A stretch of DNA of 27,434 nucleotides from a virus. Taxonomy: Duplodnaviria > Caudoviricetes. Position numbers and translations under genes: made by a program. The notes beneath the pieces are model-generated. The model saw only the letters and a list, made by a program, of their open reading frames with translations, was not told where the DNA came from and made no database searches. The first letter of the stretch is position 1. The number at the start of each line of letters is the position of its first letter. Positions 25,596 to 27,434 of the stretch are shown here, piece after piece. The stretch is taken from positions 1 through 27,434 of IMG/VR virus record IMGVR_UViG_3300029821_000146; one strand, 5' to 3'.

Positions 25596-26423
25596 TCAGG
25601 GACGCGCCGCGGGCACGTCTTCGGGATAGACCGGCTTACCCACGGGCGGGTCGAAAGACTCCTCATCACGGAAGTCCCACCCGGTCCGCTTCACCCAGGT
25701 CTCGTAGATCTCCAACATGTGCAGGAAGCTCTCGAAGATCGCCGGATCCAGCTTCACCGGCACCATTTCCACGGTGTCATCGAGGACGTGCGCGACCAGC
25801 AGCGAGTCGATCGCCGGCATCGGCGCCTCATGCCAAACCGTCTTCCGGCCACCGCGCGGCCCGATCTCCTCCGACGACACCAACCGCAGATCGCAGCCGG
25901 CGTACGCGTTCAACTGCAGCGCCACCTCGGAATAGACACCCTTGCCGGTCTTGATATCCATCAACGCCCGACCGAACCGGGGAGTCTCGGCGATCAGGTC
26001 GAAGGTGCCTCCGAAGCACCATTCGGTGTGAGCGACCGGCGTCTCCGTGGCGAACACCTCCAGCCCCCAGGTGTCGAGGAAACGGGCGTAGGCGCTGACC
26101 TGGCTCTGAATCTCCAGCGGCACCTCGACGGTCTCGCCGTGGGCGAGCTTCTCGCCGAGCGCGTGGATTCGGTTGCCCTTGACGACGGCTTTGCGGTTGG
26201 TGTTGTACCGGGCCTTCTCGATCTGCGCGGCGCGCTCCAGGAGCGGCAGGGCGGTGAGTCGTTCCCAGTTCTCGATCGCGAAGGATGCGGACTCTTTGGC
26301 GGCCCAGTTGACCAGGGCGGGTTTGTCGAGGATGCCGATCACGGTGGTGACGCCGGGGATGCGGTTGCCGTCGAGGAGGTAGCTGTGGCTGGTGCCGACG
26401 TTCTTGCGTACGAAGCGGGCCAT
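25596..26423 (-). CDS. PD-(D/E)XK exonuclease (Cas4/RecE-like)
   Basis: Start ATG 26423; PGVTTVIG..DKPAL..WAA, G.RIH, GGTFDL, MDIKTG, ALQLNAY. Confidence 0.88.
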   Translation of the reverse strand: MARFVRKNVGTSHSYLLDGNRIPGVTTVIGILDKPALVNWAAKESASFAIENWERLTALPLLERAAQIEKARYNTNRKAVVKGNRIHALGEKLAHGETVEVPLEIQSQVSAYARFLDTWGLEVFATETPVAHTEWCFGGTFDLIAETPRFGRALMDIKTGKGVYSEVALQLNAYAGCDLRLVSSEEIGPRGGRKTVWHEAPMPAIDSLLVAHVLDDTVEMVPVKLDPAIFESFLHMLEIYETWVKRTGWDFRDEESFDPPVGKPVYPEDVPAARP

Positions 26424-26839
26424 CAGAACGCCACCGCCTTCGCGCACGGCATCATCCGGCCGACGATCTCCCTCAGCCGGGGATCGGGAAGAGTGAGGTC
26501 CGGATCGAGTTCCTCCGGCCAAGGCCAGCACGCGTAAAGCCCATCGAGCGTGCGGCCCAACAGGAAGGGATCGCGGCAATCGGAGCACCCCTCCGCGTGG
26601 ATCTTCCCGTAGTTCTGGGAATCGCCGTCCATCTCAACCACCAGGGCCTGGCTCCACACCCACTTGACCACCGGTACGGCGGTGTCGTGCTCCTGCGCCT
26701 TCTGCACCACGGCGACGGCGGCCGCGTTCCTGATCTCCACCGCCAACAACGCCGCATCAGCCCGACCCAACCCGTCGAGCCCGGCCGCCACCAGGGACAG
26801 CTCCTCAGTCGTCAACCCGCGAGTAACCGGCTCAGCCAT
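26423..26839 (-). CDS. Hypothetical protein (Cys/His-containing)
   Basis: ATG 26839 with GAGGT RBS, overlapping both neighbours; H..GCSDC...C...PC. Confidence 0.65.
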   Translation of the reverse strand: MAEPVTRGLTTEELSLVAAGLDGLGRADAALLAVEIRNAAAVAVVQKAQEHDTAVPVVKWVWSQALVVEMDGDSQNYGKIHAEGCSDCRDPFLLGRTLDGLYACWPWPEELDPDLTLPDPRLREIVGRMMPCAKAVAF

Positions 26840-27032
26840 CGACCTCGACCCCCAAGAGTCGATCGATCTCCGACTGAGGGAATCGACGCTGGCCTCCAGC
26901 CGTCCGCCGACCCGTGATCTTGCCTTCGCTCTCCCATCGCCGCAGCGTGTCAATCGAGACACCCAGCAACCGTGCCGCCGTCCCGATTGGGAGAGAATCC
27001 CCATCTACCGAGGTATACCTAGGTTCTGCCAT
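26832..27032 (-). CDS. Excisionase/Cro-like MerR-type HTH protein
   Basis: IGTAARLLGVSIDTLRRWESEGKI...RTAGGQRRF; divergent from the repressor; likely leaderless start ATG 27032. Confidence 0.85.
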   Translation of the reverse strand: MAEPRYTSVDGDSLPIGTAARLLGVSIDTLRRWESEGKITGRRTAGGQRRFPQSEIDRLLGVEVDG

Positions 27033-27113
27033 GCGGGTAAACCTAGGCATACCTCGGCACCTGGGGCAAGCAACACGCCGAAATGCCTAGGTTTACCCAG
27101 GTTTTGCTACCAT
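27008..27113. promoter_or_regulatory. Divergent promoters with three CCTAGG-core operators
   Basis: Leftward: TTGCCC (27069-27064), 18 nt, TAGGTT (27045-27040), 7 nt, ATG. Rightward: extended -10 TGC-TACCAT (27105-27113), 6 nt, ATG. Operators at 27008-27025, 27035-27057, 27083-27098. Confidence 0.75.
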
Positions 27114-27119
27114 TCGGGC

Positions 27120-27434
27120 ATGAGCACACAGCAGGCCCCAGGTTTCGGGGCATACACCTGGACTTTCGGAGACCGCCTCCGCAAGATCCGCAGAGTCAAC
27201 GGGCTCAGTCAGAAGGAGTTCGCCGCCGAGATCGGCGCCGACCCGAAGTCGCTCAGTGCATGGGAGAGCGACGCATGGCTACCCCGCGGGATCATGGCGA
27301 TCGCGAGACGAATCGCAATCAGGTACAGAGTGCCGATCGCGTGGGTGCTCGGTGTTGACGATGGCGGCCCAACAGGCGGCCCCGGATATGAAGAGCTCCC
27401 CCACCTGGACTCGAACCAGGAACCTGCGGATTAA
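27120..27434 (+). CDS. Immunity repressor (XRE HTH)
   Basis: FGDRLRKIRR..GLSQKEFAAEIG..PKSLSAWE.D..LPR...VPIAWVLG; divergent from the early operon. Confidence 0.92.
   Translation: MSTQQAPGFGAYTWTFGDRLRKIRRVNGLSQKEFAAEIGADPKSLSAWESDAWLPRGIMAIARRIAIRYRVPIAWVLGVDDGGPTGGPGYEELPHLDSNQEPAD
27395..27434 (-). tRNA. 3' half of a tRNA (likely tRNA-Asn GTT) = att core; rest outside window
   Basis: Reverse complement TTAA-TCCGC-AGGTT-CCTGG-TTCGAGT-CCAGG-TGGGGGA-G-C gives anticodon-loop end, stem, variable loop, T arm and acceptor strand with G73. Confidence 0.85.

Larger units (their letters stand above)
1..27434. mobile_element. Temperate siphovirus prophage (Actinomycetota host), apparently complete, integrated orientation
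   Basis: Integrase at one end and repressor plus tRNA-like att core at the other. Full head, tail, lysis, packaging and recombination modules. High GC; WhiB gene points to an actinobacterial host. Confidence 0.95.

Noticed and set aside
25596-26423. CRISPR-associated Cas4
   Set aside because: PD-(D/E)XK nuclease paired with a RecT-like gene; ordinary phage recombination exonuclease context.
819-26917. Long plus-strand ORFs (e.g. 6247-7422, 8470-9756, 11419-12636, 21369-22385, 25350-26537)
   Set aside because: Antisense shadows of high-GC minus-strand genes; no motifs, and they fully overlap well-supported genes.
26664-27119. N-terminal extension of the repressor (256-aa ORF)
   Set aside because: Overlaps the divergent HTH gene and operators; ATG 27120 with an extended -10 fits a normal XRE repressor.
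27395-27434. Complete phage-encoded tRNA gene
   Set aside because: Only the 3' half is in the window and it overlaps the repressor antisense; better explained as att core.
1-27434. Phage satellite (PICI-like)
   Set aside because: Encodes its own capsid, tail, tape measure and lysis genes, so it looks like an autonomous small phage.

Overview
A compact (~27.4 kb), high-GC, apparently complete temperate siphovirus of an Actinomycetota host, in integrated (prophage) orientation. A short tyrosine integrase is at the left end. The immunity repressor is at the right end, and its 3' end runs into the antisense of a tRNA 3' half (att core, most likely tRNA-Asn). Nearly all other genes are on the minus strand. 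Read from the right they are: Xis/Cro-like HTH, exonuclease + RecT-like recombinase, small Zn-finger proteins, a hexapeptide-repeat protein, WhiB, RuvC-like resolvase, small membrane proteins, an internally deleted DNA methyltransferase, a wHTH replication initiator with a detached iteron/DnaA-box origin, an HNH-P-loop fusion, terminases, portal, protease, capsid, head-tail and tail genes, and a lysis cassette. The most unusual items are: (1) an endolysin whose NlpC/P60-type domain is fused to a DUF218 (YdcF/ElyC/SanA) domain; (2) hallmarks of integration-dependent immunity; (3) a small helical-hairpin protein inside the head operon resembling Acb2/Tad1-type anti-defence sponges; (4) a moron-like gene between the replication initiator and its origin; (5) a structured leader hiding the capsid RBS. 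All family assignments come from motif recognition by eye, not database searches.
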